Positions 36,245 to 47,950 of a stretch of DNA of 64,000 bases are shown piece by piece. The notes below the pieces were generated by a model that worked only from the letters and a program-made list of their open reading frames with translations, had not been told where the DNA came from and did no database searches. Both the position numbers and the translations under genes were made by a program. This stretch comes from Macrostomum hystrix (lineage: Eukaryota > Animalia > Platyhelminthes): the NCBI GenBank assembly GCA_950097015.1, contig CATNEN010000035.1, positions 372,001 to 436,000 of the forward strand. The letters run 5' to 3'. Positions within the stretch are counted from its first letter, which is position 1. Every line of letters begins with the position of its first letter.

Positions 36245-38042
36245 TCAAGCGGGCCGTTTCTCTCCGCCCGTCTTAGCGAAGCCGGCATAATTGCCAGTGG
36301 TGAGCAGCCGATTGAGTCGATCAACTTCCTCCAGCGTGTTGGCGCGTCGAATAGCCTCACGAACAGCCAGAAGGTCGGCGGATGTCGGACCGCCGCTGGC
36401 GGCCGGAGTAGCGGCGGCGGCCGCCGGAGTCGGCGCAGCGGCGGCGGCCGGCACCGGAGCACCCGGCGTGAAGGTCATGGGCTTGGCGGGCTTCAACGGA
36501 TTACTGGCGGACTTGTCGGCGCCGGAGGCGAGCACCGCCGCGGCCTGCTTTCGCTCGGAGTCTGTGACTCGGCGAAAGTCCAAGTAGCGCAGATTTGGCA
36601 GCTTGTGTATCACGTGCAGGCGATAGTTGCGCCGACTGCACACCGGATTCTTCAGCAGCGAGAGAAAGCGCAGCTGTTTCAAAGCAGCCAGAGGTTCGAG
36701 ATCTGCCAGCTCCTGCAGGCAATTGTTAGTTAGCAGCAGGGTGGATATGCGGGGCAGGCTAGTTGGCAGGCCGTCACCGATGCGCATCACCTTGTTATTG
36801 TTCATCACCAGGCTGGTTAGGCGGGGCAGGTGGGGAAATCCGTCCAGCTTGCGCACCTTCAATCATGAAAAATGGAGATCTGTGCATTTTATACGAAACA
36901 GTTCAAAACTAAATAAGCATTGACGTAATATCAAAACACTACATTAAAAATCCCACAGGGCTATTCAAAGCAAAGCACAAGGGCAAATTCCACGGATTCT
37001 ATTTATAGAAAAGCGCTAATCTAAAGAATAGCGCGAGTGGGAATTCCACAAGTGCTATCTCGTATAAAACGGAACGGTCACGAAATGGGGCTGTGACCGT
37101 TTAGTCTGTGACCGTGAAACGTAACGCTGTGACTGTTTTGTGTGACCGTTCATATTATTGAAACTTAGGTCACCAGGTAACCGTTCACTGTGACCGTTCT
37201 GTGTGACCATTCTGTGACTGTTTAATGTGACCGTTCTGTGTGACCATTCTGTGACTGTTTACTGTGACCGTTCTGTGTGACCATTCTGTGACTGTTTACT
37301 GTGACCGTTCTTTGACTGTTATGTGACCTTTCTGCGACCGTTCTGTGACTGATCAGTCACATAGTGACCTTGATGAAGGGTCACAAAAAATGGACCATAA
37401 CAGTCACATTGACAGTCACAATCCCTTTTTTGTGACCGTTCCGTTTTATACGGGTATTTATAGAACAGCGCAAGCGAAATTCTAAACATGCTATTTTATA
37501 TAATAGCTCTAGGGGAATTCCACAGATGCTATTTATAGAACATCGCAAGGGAAATTCTAAACATGCTATTTTATATAATAGCTCTAGGGGAATTCCACAG
37601 ATGCTATTTATAGAACATCGCAAGGGAAATTCTAAACATGCTATTTTATATAATAGCTCTAGGGGAATTCCACAGATGCTATTTATAGAACAGCGCAAGG
37701 GAAATTCTAAACATGCTATTTTATATAATAGCTCTAGGGGAATTCCACAGATGCTATTTATAGAACAGCGCAAGGGAAATTCTAAACATGCTATTTTATA
37801 TATTAGCTCTAGGGGAATTCCACAGATGCTATTTATAGAATGTCGCGATGGAAAACTTTTTAAGTAGGATGAAAAATCTTCCTCACCTCATTATCAGTCA
37901 GATCAATAGTATCAAATTGATCCAATGTGGCACTTAAATTTTCCAACAGAGCTACTTTGTAGCCGCGCAGATCTAGCTCCCTATCTCCTAGAGGGTTTGT
38001 TGTCTGCACGGAGCTCTGAATCAATTCAGGAGTAAGCTTCAT
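36245..38042 (-). CDS. SNRPA1: U2 snRNP protein A' (2 exons, 255 aa)
   Basis: Exon 38042-37887 reads MKLTPELIQ..NPLGDRELDLRGYKV..ENL.ATLDQFDTIDLTDNE. Exon 36856-36245 reads VRKLDGFPHLPRL.SL.MNNN..LTNN.LQEL.DL.PL..LSLLKNPV..YRL.VIHKLP.LR.LDF..V..ER, with the C-terminal AI..A.TLEEV.RL motif. Confidence 0.96.
37059..37454. mobile_element. 396-bp MITE with ~25-bp TIRs, subterminal ctgtgaccgtt repeats and a 3-bp TSD (TAT); CMC/CACTA-like
   Basis: The left end CTCGTATAAAACGGAACGGTCACGAA matches the reverse complement of the right end, CCCGTATAAAACGGAACGGTCACAAA. TAT lies at 37056-58 and 37455-57. The superfamily is inferred. Confidence 0.88.
37455..37843. repeat. 75-nt minisatellite, ~5 copies, in the SNRPA1 intron
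   Basis: Unit tttatagaacagcgcaagggaaattctaaacatgctattttatataatagctctaggggaattccacagatgcta. Confidence 0.96.
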
Positions 38043-38604
38043 TTTCTCTGAAGAATTTTTGGTGATTTTGTTACTGTCAAAGTGCGGATGAAAATAAGGG
38101 CTGAAATTGTTCAAGATTATTATGAAAGTGCATAATAAGGAGTTTAGCGTCGAGTAAATCGGCTCAATAGGCAATTATGTAATAAATGACTAAAACGTAA
38201 CTATATTTTCGATATGGTCCAAAACTTATTATACTTCACGGCATAATGACAATGTAAATAGATTTAAATAGTGGAATATAATCAGATTAAATAAGTTAGA
38301 AAAAAATAGCGAAAATCTTAAATACAGCACCCGAAGTCACATTATTTGTTCTGTAGTGTTAAAAAGTATCTGATAAAAAACAGCACAAAGTAAAAAAATG
38401 GGGTAGATAATAAAAGTCAGCAATGATTTTGTTAATAAAACAAGACTTCTAAATAGTAATAAACGTAGAGATTTTTATAGTTTTGTGTAAAATAATGTGC
38501 TATCAAAATAGTTGTGTATAGATTTGTCTGAGAGCATAGGCACTGACCAAAAAATACATTCCATATAAACAGTTGCATAGAATATTGTGTTAAAATTTTG
38601 TATT

Positions 38605-41600
38605 CTACCACAGAGGACACGGGTCAGGACAGGTCTGCCTGTACGTGCGGTACTCCCCTGTGTCCACTCGAATCAAGGCCGTGTAGGTGGTGAGCTTGTT
38701 GAGCACAGGGATGGAGCTGAGCACGTTGAAGATCTCCTTAAAGCTGATGGCGGCCTGGCCCTTGGCCATCATGCACTTGTCGCCAGGAGTGCGCCTGTCG
38801 TCTAGCACGAAAGGCGGCTTCCAGTGATCGTAGTTGGTCTGCAGCAGGAACCAGGTGTGGTTCACGGCCGCTGAGCGCTCCCAAACGTCGATGGCGGCGG
38901 CCCGGGACCGAGTGATGATGCAGCCCTGCAGGTGAGAATAATTGTTTGCAAAATGTTGTTTCTGAGTTACAGGTATGTCTTAAGATGATTGGTAACTACC
39001 AGGTGACAAGTATATATTTATAAGGGGACAGTGGACAGGGATATGATTATGTATTTATGTGGCAGGTATCTTTGATGTGACAGGTATGCATTAATTGAGG
39101 TGACAGCTGACAGGGATATATTTAAGAGATGACAGCTGACAGGTATCAATATATGAGGTGACAGGTATTAATATATCAGGTGATGTATCAATATATCAGG
39201 TGACGTATCAATATATGAGGTAACAGGTATCAATATATGAGGTGACAGGTATCAATACATGAGGTGACAGGTATTAATATATCAGGTGACGTATCAATAT
39301 ATCAGGTGACGTATCAATATATGAGGTAACAGGTATCAATATATGAGGTGACAGGTATCAATACATGAGGTGACAGGTATTAATATATCAGGTGACGTAT
39401 CAATATATCAGGTGACGTATCAATATATGAGGTAACAGGTATCAATATTTGAGGTGACAGGTATCAATATATGAGGTGACAGGTATCAATATATGAGTTG
39501 ACAGGTATTAATATATCAGGTGACGTATCAATATATCAGGTGAAGTTTCAATATATGAGGTAACAGGTATCAATATATGAGGTAACAGGTATCAATATAT
39601 GAGGTGACAGGTATCAATATATGAAGTGACAGGTATCGATATATGAGGTGACAGGTATCAATATATGAGGTGACAGGTATCAATATATGAGGTGACAGGT
39701 ATCAATATATGAAGTGACAGGTATCAATATATGAGGTGACAGGTATCAATATATGAGGTGACAGGTATCAATATATGAGGTGACAGCTATCAATATATGA
39801 GGTGACAGCTATCAATATATTTGGTGACATGTATCAATATATGAGGTGACAGGTATCAATATATGAGGTGACAGGTATCAATATATGAAGTGACAGGTAT
39901 CAATATATGAGGTGACAGGTATCAATATATGAGGTGACAGGTATCAATATATGAGGTGACAGCTATCAATATATGAGGTGACAGCTATCAATATATTTGG
40001 TGACATGTATCAATATATGAGGTGACAGGTATCAATATTGAGGGGACAGTTATCAATATTGAGGTGACAGGTATCTATATATGAGCTGACATGTGTGTAT
40101 CAGGCGAAAGGTGTCTATTAGGCAAGATCTCTATACAAGTCTCACCTGCATGCTGCTGTTGCCGCCCAGAATGAAGTAGGCAGGCGCGAGCATCTTGGCT
40201 CCGGTGAGCATGTGCTTGGCCTGGTCGTAGCTGTCCGCAGTCTCCATCACGCTGCGCGTCAGGAAGCCCATCCAGACAGCGTCCCGCTTGCCCAGGATCC
40301 ACTCGATGATGCTAAAGAAGCCGCCTTTAGTATTGAAGCGCGTATTGATTGACAGGCTGAATCGACCGGGCTTTAGCGCTGTCAGAACGCCGACATATCC
40401 GGCAAAGTTGGTGGACAAGAACAGCGGTCTACCGGCCTTCATAAAGCGGATATTGACAATGGTGGGTCTCAAGTATTCGGTGATAAGCCAGGTGTTTTTG
40501 GCCTTGTCCCAGCCGAGAAACAGGCCGAAGTCCAGGTTGCGCGCGTGGTAGAGAACGCCCTGGTTTGAGTCAAAAGTGTGGGTGGGTAAGGAATAGGGAC
40601 TAGAGCTACTCTATGAATGACAGTCACATAAAAACCAGTATTCACACTAAATGACAGTCACAACATTACCAAAATCACACTCAATGAGTCACAACATTAC
40701 CAAAATCACACTCAATGAGTCACAACATTACCAAAATCACACTCAATGAGTCACAACATTACCAAAATCACACTCAATGACAGTCACAACATTACCAAAA
40801 TCACATTCAATGACAGTCACAACATTACCAAAATCACATTCAATGACAGTCACAACATTACCAAAATCACACTCAATGAGTCACAGCATTACCAAAATCA
40901 CACTCAATGACAGTCACAACATTACCAAAATCACACTCAATGACAGTCACAACATTACCAAAATCACACTCAATGAGTCACAACATTACCAAAATCACAC
41001 TCAATGGTAGTCACAACATTACCAAAATCACACTCAATGAGTCACAACATTACCAAACTCACACTCAATGAGTCACAACATTACCAAAATCACACTCAAT
41101 GAGTCACAACATTACCAAAATCACACTCAATGGTAGTCACAACATTACCAAAATCACACTCAATGACAGTCACAGTATGACTTCTCTCACCTCAGAGTCT
41201 TCAGCTACAATCGAAGTGCACAATGTGAACATGTCATAGAAGATGTTGTAGAGCATTATCTCGCCCAATGGGATGCCGGTGAAGTCAGCAATGCCTCTTA
41301 TCTCATCTCGATATGGCTGTGGCAGCGAATAGATAAGCGGTGACAGTTCATAATCTACCATATGAATAATGACACTGGAGCCAGTCGTTTTGTGTAGGAA
41401 TCGTTTAAACTGAACAATCAAAGCTCGCAATTGGTGAGCTCGGTGGGTTACTACGCTGCGCCATCGAATCCAAGCTGGCTCGTCCAAGTTAACGTCAAAC
41501 CACTCAACCTCAGAGCTGGCTTTAGGAGGGTAGGCATCAGAGCGGCACTGGGCAGGTGACAACTGGGCGCAGCCAATTATAGATGCTATCAGAAGCAGAA

Positions 41601-41634
41601 GGCTCATTGGTAGCAGGCATGTTCGACAATTCAT
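38605..41634 (-). CDS. ASAH1: Acid ceramidase, copy B (3 exons, ~392 aa)
   Basis: Exons 41634-41191, 40559-40146 and 38925-38605 have the same intron positions as copy A. It retains a signal peptide, TLCTSIVAED, HARNLDFG and CPDPCPLW. Confidence 0.94.
39130..40085. repeat. 22-nt minisatellite (gacaggtatcaatatatgaggt) in ceramidase B intron 2
   Basis: Visible units. Confidence 0.96.
40651..41173. repeat. 31-33-nt minisatellite (cacaacattaccaaaatcacactcaatgagt) in ceramidase B intron 1
   Basis: Visible units. Confidence 0.96.
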
Positions 41635-44067
41635 TCCTTCTGGAATCTGTTTATTGCATTACATGTGTTTTTTTAGAAATTTACAAATTCTTCTCTCTTT
41701 ACATTACAACTGTAATATTTATTTATAAAAATGTTTCACTTAAAAAATAACACATTTATTTTGACCAAGTTTAAGACTATTATAGACTAAGACTGCCACA
41801 GAATTGGCTAGTTAAAAGAGAAATTTATGATTTTTTGAAAATGTTTGACAATTTTAGGTTTTGATGGAGAACTTTCCACAAAAAACAATGAAGGACATCT
41901 TACCTACTAGGTATAGAAAATTTGGATCTTTGAAACAGTTAAACATAGGGTTCTTTTTTTAATTTTGTTACCTGTAGTCAAATTCTGTTTGTTTAAATAA
42001 GGCTACAAAAAACAATGAAAATTATGAAATCATAAAAAAGTCTTGAGATGTATCATAATATGCATTTATATATTATATATAATGATTTTTATCCCTAAAA
42101 TCAGCCTTGGTTTATTATTAATTATTGGCACCTGATATTGGATGGTCATTTTGATAAAAAAATAATTGCATACAAACACGGAATATGCAAAGACATTATA
42201 GAGCTCTCTAAACTGCTGATGCAAAATGCTAGTGCAAACACTCAATAAGATATATCATATTGTGACCACTTGATGAATTGACAAAACTAATTTCAGTCAT
42301 TTTGTCAAATCTTTAAATTATTTTAAAGAAACACTTTTATATATGAAACTGTTTTATAATGTTCCATTATGAGGGCAGTAACTTTAATTGGAAATTGAAC
42401 AGAAAAAAGGGCAGGGTGTCAGACCATAATAGATACCTACAGCAATACCCAGAGCTGAGTTTAAATTCTGTTAACTCTCTCCAACATGTCCATCTGCAAC
42501 ACAGAACACAAGCAGACACCTGTTCAAACCAATTTGCTCTAACTATACAGTTATACAATTATAGCATGAACATAAATATGGTAATTGCTAAGCTAATCTG
42601 GGAGCCAAGCCTGAAGCTGAGTAGCCTACAGCCAAGCCAAGCAACTTGCAGCCAAGCAATCTGAAATAGAAACCAAACAATTACTGGGAGAAGTGGCAAA
42701 GTAGCATGCTGTGGATGCAAGTGAGCAAAGTCTAATCCAAAATACTTTTACCTATCAGATCAGATCATTTCTATCAGATGAATAGATTGGACATATATAT
42801 AGGCCCCCTATATATACACAAGTATGTAGCTATTCCATTCTCCCTGTTCTTTCTGCCTTTAGAGGACCACTTGAGGAGCCAGTTTATCTTGTAGAGTTGT
42901 CAAGATTCAAATGAATGCCAGAACCTCAAAGCCATTTTGGAAATGTAAGAGGTCAACACCAATATAGAGTTCATTTTTGTACACAATGGCATCAGCAAGC
43001 AGAATTCTGCACTTATTCAGAGCATTGACAAGGTTAAAACATGCTAGGGTTCAACCTATAGAATAACAACATCCCAGAGGTCTGCACTACAGACCTCAAA
43101 GCTGCTTCATGGCAAGCTTTGTAGGTTGTGTTTTCTAGAGACATGTTTCCAAGGCCTGTTGTTGCCTGGCAGACCCTGGCACCTATGCCTTCATCAGCAT
43201 GCTGATGGCCTGCCTTATCTGCCAGCTAATGGCAGATTGGCAATGGCCTGTTGCAGCCTTGCAGGTCCTTGCTGGTTTGCATCTGGCACAACTATTGAAC
43301 CTGGCAGAGTATGCCAATGAAATATTGTTGTCAAGCTTAGTTCACAGAGTTCAGGGCGTTAGCATCTTTGACCAATCGATTTGCCAAACTTATAGGAGTT
43401 CATTCAATTAAACAGTAGATTGCACAAAAATATTTTTTGCATAACAAAAAAATGAAAAATACAAATTAGCAAGTCTAATCAGAACTCTCAGGTTTGGATT
43501 TTTAAAGATTCACAGAGAGCTCTATGCAGTTAATCATGGGATTTTCAGATCATAAACCATCATAATCCCATGATTTAGAATTAAAGTTCCAGACTTTGCG
43601 CCTTGAAGTTTAAACGAAAAAACCCATGGGTGGTAGCGCTAGGTACTCTAATTTAGAATTAAGTCCTGCGATCCCGGTGCTGCCAGATCCCGCCGGCACG
43701 CCGCATGAGCATGTCGGCACCAAGTTAACAGTAAACAGGACGGCTTATACCTGTAAATTTTCTATGTAATCCGAGCAGCCGAAGTAATTTTTATTTTTTT
43801 AACTCAACTCTTGGTCAACAAGCTTTGACTTGCTCTGGCTAGTTAGTCAATTCCAAGCAGGCGCAAGCTTTTTTCTAAGAAATACTTTTTGAGTTTGTAT
43901 TTAAACAAATTTTCATTAGTTCTTTAATGTTAGTTAAGAGTTTGAAATTTAATTAGGATTTTATCTTATTATTTTTTTAATTGGTTTTGGAAGAACAACA
44001 GTAATGTATTAAAGTTTTGTAAGTAAAAGAAAGGCAAAATTTGATTGGGCTCTGCCTTCAGTTAGGG

Positions 44068-44494
44068 GGATCCTAGACTCTTCGTCATCTTACAACTTCG
44101 TCATCCACTTGGAAGGTAGGACATTTCGTCATCCAGCCAATTGGCATGCTTTAAAGTTATGGTCAGTTCGTCATCTACTAATAACAAATAAGCAATTAAG
44201 TTCGTCATCAATAAAGTGAGGGTGGGGTGGTGGGGCAGAGGTGTGAACACACTTCACATCTTAAAATGCCAAAAAGAGGTGTCAAAACTGATTTCATTTA
44301 AAGAGTTGAAAGAAAGGTGCCAACACGATGTGAGGAGGTGGGGAGGGGTGGTTCTGTTCTAACTTTGAAAACTTTTGTTTTATAGATGACGAAGTGTCCA
44401 CAAGTCTTAGTCTCTTCGTCATCCACCCTCTGAGATATTGGACAGATCGTCATCTGGATGACGAAGTTGTAAGATGACGAAGTGTCCAGGTACC
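44068..44494. mobile_element. 427-bp Mutator-like MITE with ~40-bp TIRs and a perfect 9-bp TSD
   Basis: The left end GGATCCTAGACTCTTCGTCATCTTACAACTTCGTCATCCA matches the right-end reverse complement GGTACCTGGACACTTCGTCATCTTACAACTTCGTCATCCA. The TSD cagttaggg lies at 44059-67 and 44495-503. TTCGTCATC motifs repeat internally. Confidence 0.9.
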
Positions 44495-45050
44495 CAGTTA
44501 GGGTACTTCGGTGTATTCAATTTATATATCTACACAAGCAGTTCAAAGCAAAGCAGAAGAAAGCAATGCAGAGCAGCAGAAAAATGCTAATTGTGAAATA
44601 GGAAGTTTAGGACTTCCTGCTAAAATTTATAAGAGAGTTTAAAAAGGATTTTAAATAAAAATGGAATTTGTTAATACAATCCTATTTAGGCAAGACGAGC
44701 AATTAATAGAAACATGTTGCTTTTTTAATTAGGCCTATTGATTAGTCTATGATTTTATACCATATAAAATTATTTTTAATTAGGCCTAAATGTTAAAATC
44801 GATTCATAGGCCTATACCTATAGTTAAATTATAGTTTGTATAGTTCGTAGCTTTTATCTCCTGTGGCTTTTTAAATTTTAGGCCTAAGCCTCACATGTAT
44901 TCATATTCCTAGATTCCTCCACCACTTATTGATTCCTTTATAATACTTTAAAACAGTTCAGGCAGACTTCTAGTCTCTGACTCTCTGCCAGTTCTATACC
45001 TGTCAATAACTATCTTAACAAGTAAAAATTTCAATGTTTGACATTAAAAA

Positions 45051-45204
45051 AACGCCATGACTAGGGACACGGCGGCCGTGCCGCAAGTCCACACAGCTAA
45101 AGACACAGCCTAGGCACAGATTAGCGTGGTAGCTAGGGACACGGCGGCCATGTCCTTAGACAGAGAGTTAGAGGCACGGCCGCCGTGTCCCTAGTCAAGG
45201 CGTT
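45051..45204. mobile_element. ~150-bp MITE with 32-bp TIRs in a TTAA/A-rich site (piggyBac-like)
   Basis: AACGCCATGACTAGGGACACGGCGGCCGTGCC matches the reverse complement AACGCCTTGACTAGGGACACGGCGGCCGTGCC with one mismatch. The right flank is TTAA, but the left TTAA is not clean. Confidence 0.8.
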
Positions 45205-46448
45205 AAAAAAATTAACATTTGTAAAAAGAGGCAATGGGAAACACTTAGTATGGCAATCAGATAGGCCTAGTCAAAACCCCAGGCTTTACAAACCAACTGG
45301 ACAGGTGGATTGCACAATGCTTTAGGCTTTAGCTAGAGCTAAGTAGGCTTGCTCTGACTGAAATTGTCATATTCTGGATAGCAATTAGCCTATGCCCTAT
45401 TTACAAAAGTTTGACAAAATCATCATATCTTGATACATACACATACATGCGCAACACCCGGCTGACCCGGCCGAACCGGCTGGGTGAAACTAGGGCCAAG
45501 CAAGGTAAGTCGCAAAAACCAATCAACCAAGTGCAAAAAAATCAAAGGGGAGACCAAGGGACAAAAAAGGAAGGCGTGAAGAAAAGGAAAAAGGGGAAGA
45601 AAAAGAGAGCAAATGAGAGCAAACTAAGTCGTAAATAGAGCAATGAAACAAACTAAGTCGCATGGCTGGCTAAGATTTGGGAGGTTGCGCATGTATGTAC
45701 ATACATGCCCAAAACCTGTCTGACCTGTCCAAACCAGATAGGTGAAATGGCTGCCAGCCAAAGTAAGTTTGCAAAATTGAAAATACTAAAAATGTAAAAT
45801 TGGGGGAAGAAAGAAAGAAAAAAGGCAATAAAAGTCATACAAAGTGGAAATAAAGTGACAATTGTAAGGAACTAAGTCACACTGGATGGATGAAATTTTT
45901 TTAGGTTGGGCATGTATATCTTTATATCTGATTTATTAGGTAGCTATACTGTGCTATAGTCGTCCAGTTACTCCACCTCTGAGCCATCACCTCAAAGCCT
46001 GTCAAATGAAACATTTGTCAAAAGCTCCACCTACATGTAAATGCAATATACTGATACTGAAACATTTTTGGTACTAAGTGCTTGGTACGGTTTAAAATAA
46101 AGCTTGTCCTTAATGTATATAGTCTAGCTATTCCTATTAGGCCACATATGACATGACAAAGTAGCTAATTTTGTCAATGATTTGATTTTGTGTTATATTT
46201 TAAGCAAAAGTATACTGGTGGTCTGTTAAAAAAACTACATGGTAGGCCTAATCTGCATTCTAACCAAGCTATTTCACCAAAACATTCCAGAACAACCAAG
46301 CAAAATAAGGTTTAAACTCAAATTAGTACATAAGTTTACTAGGCTTGTCACAAAGCCCAAGTGATTATTGATTTTGCTGTGTGCACCAAGAATTGTCGAT
46401 CTACAAAACTTATTAAAGAAATCTCAAGTGAAACATTTTCATTCAGTC

Positions 46449-47333
46449 ATGCAACGTGGCGACAAAGTCGTGATAGTCTACAAAGGCGAGGATACTCTTG
46501 GCATTGTTGAACGCTGCGACATTGAACTGGACTCTGTGCTAGTCAGCCTCACATTGTCATCTGGAGCCCACATCCAGACTGTTCGTCGAATAGCCGAATG
46601 TGTGCCAAGCCATGTGGCCGCAGCTGCTACCACTGCCGCTGCTGCTGTTGCTTCTTCAGATTGCGACATCGAAGAAGAAGAAACTGTTGAAAATCCGGAT
46701 TTCTATGACGATATTGAGGTTGATGAGGCGCCCATGTCGGCAGGGACTAGTTACCGCGGGCAATTGCTGTCCCAGGAGATGGCACCAACAGCAGTAGCCA
46801 GAGACTCGATTTCAGATAGCGGCAGTCATAGCAATAATCAGAACCTGCTGCACCTGTACAGCTGCAGTGCTCCACCAGCATCAGCCGCAATAGCAATGTT
46901 CCCGAGTTCGACAGCTCCGGTATCCATTAGTTTAGCCACTCCGCTAACTATTAACGTTGGCATCGGCAATTTCGGTCAGAACTTTGCCGTCCTGTCGCCA
47001 TTGCGCCATCATCACCATCATCAACTGTCGGCATCGTTCTCATTTCCTTTGCCAACTGTCGGCCAGTCCTCTGACGATCCCCAGTGCCAGCGGAGCCTGG
47101 CCGTAACGCCGCCATCGTCTTTATCGTCTTCCTTCTCCGGCGGCGAAGCATCTTCGGCATCCGCGATGTTAAGCGGCGGCGGCGGCGGGCCTTTGTCACC
47201 GCGCGGCAAGTGTCGACGCATCTACGGTGTTGATAATCGGCGCATGTGGTGCACACAGTGCCGATGGAAGAAGGCTTGCACCAGGTTTAAACCTGCCGCT
47301 TTGCCCACCCAGCCCGACTTCGGTCCACGGTAG
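46449..47333 (+). CDS. ZNF395/ZNF704: ZNF395/ZNF704/SLC2A4RG (HDBP)-family C-clamp protein, intronless, ~294 aa
   Basis: The C-terminal [27 protein letters not shown] has the C-x12-C-x2-C-x5-C C-clamp (CR3) pattern. The N-terminal [25 protein letters not shown] resembles the ZNF395 N-terminus as I recall it. The ATG at 46449 follows the acceptor ttcattcag. Confidence 0.85.
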   Translation: MQRGDKVVIVYKGEDTLGIVERCDIELDSVLVSLTLSSGAHIQTVRRIAECVPSHVAAAATTAAAAVASSDCDIEEEETVENPDFYDDIEVDEAPMSAGTSYRGQLLSQEMAPTAVARDSISDSGSHSNNQNLLHLYSCSAPPASAAIAMFPSSTAPVSISLATPLTINVGIGNFGQNFAVLSPLRHHHHHQLSASFSFPLPTVGQSSDDPQCQRSLAVTPPSSLSSSFSGGEASSASAMLSGGGGGPLSPRGKCRRIYGVDNRRMWCTQCRWKKACTRFKPAALPTQPDFGPR

Positions 47334-47689
47334 AATTGCACACCTCAACACCTCAACAAACTGTACGGTTTGCTTGAACAATTAGCTCGCGCGGCCACAA
47401 ACTCACATTGGTTGATTACACTGTCTTGGTTTTTTAGCAGCTCTTTGTGTTTAATTGCTCTTTCCTGATCTGCGCTTACTTAAAAGCGAAGCTTTTTTTC
47501 TTTGTTTGTCTGAAAAAGGACTATCAGTTTCGGTGCTTTTTTCTGAATTTAGTTTCGGGATTTCGATTTAGTTTTTAGGGGATCAGAATCCCGATCAAGA
47601 GGTTCCAGGTGTCTGGAGTCCAGTCCCGATACCCTAGAGATCAATCGATTTTAATCCTAATGTCATGGGGATCAGGATCCCAGCCCCAA

Positions 47690-47950
47690 AGTTATAGGAA
47701 TCAGTATCCCAGTCCCGAATCCCTAGGGATCAGTATCCCAGTCCCGAATCCCTAGGGATCAGTATCCCAGTCCCGAATCCCTAGGGATCAGTATCCCAGT
47801 CCCGAATCCCTAGGGATCAGTATCCCAGTCCCGAATCCCTAGGGATCAGTATCCCAGTCCCGAATCCCTAGGGATCAGTATCCCAGTCCCGAATCCCTAG
47901 GGATCAGTATCCCAGTCCCGAATCCCTAGGGATCAGTATCCAAGTCCCGA
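47690..47950. repeat. 29-nt minisatellite (tcagtatcccagtcccgaatccctaggga), ~9 copies
   Basis: Identical units with no spacers. Confidence 0.96.

Noticed and set aside
45434-45700. Possible MITE bounded by a 15-bp inverted repeat (acatacatgcgcaac)
   Set aside because: The repeat is short and low in complexity, and no TSD could be identified.
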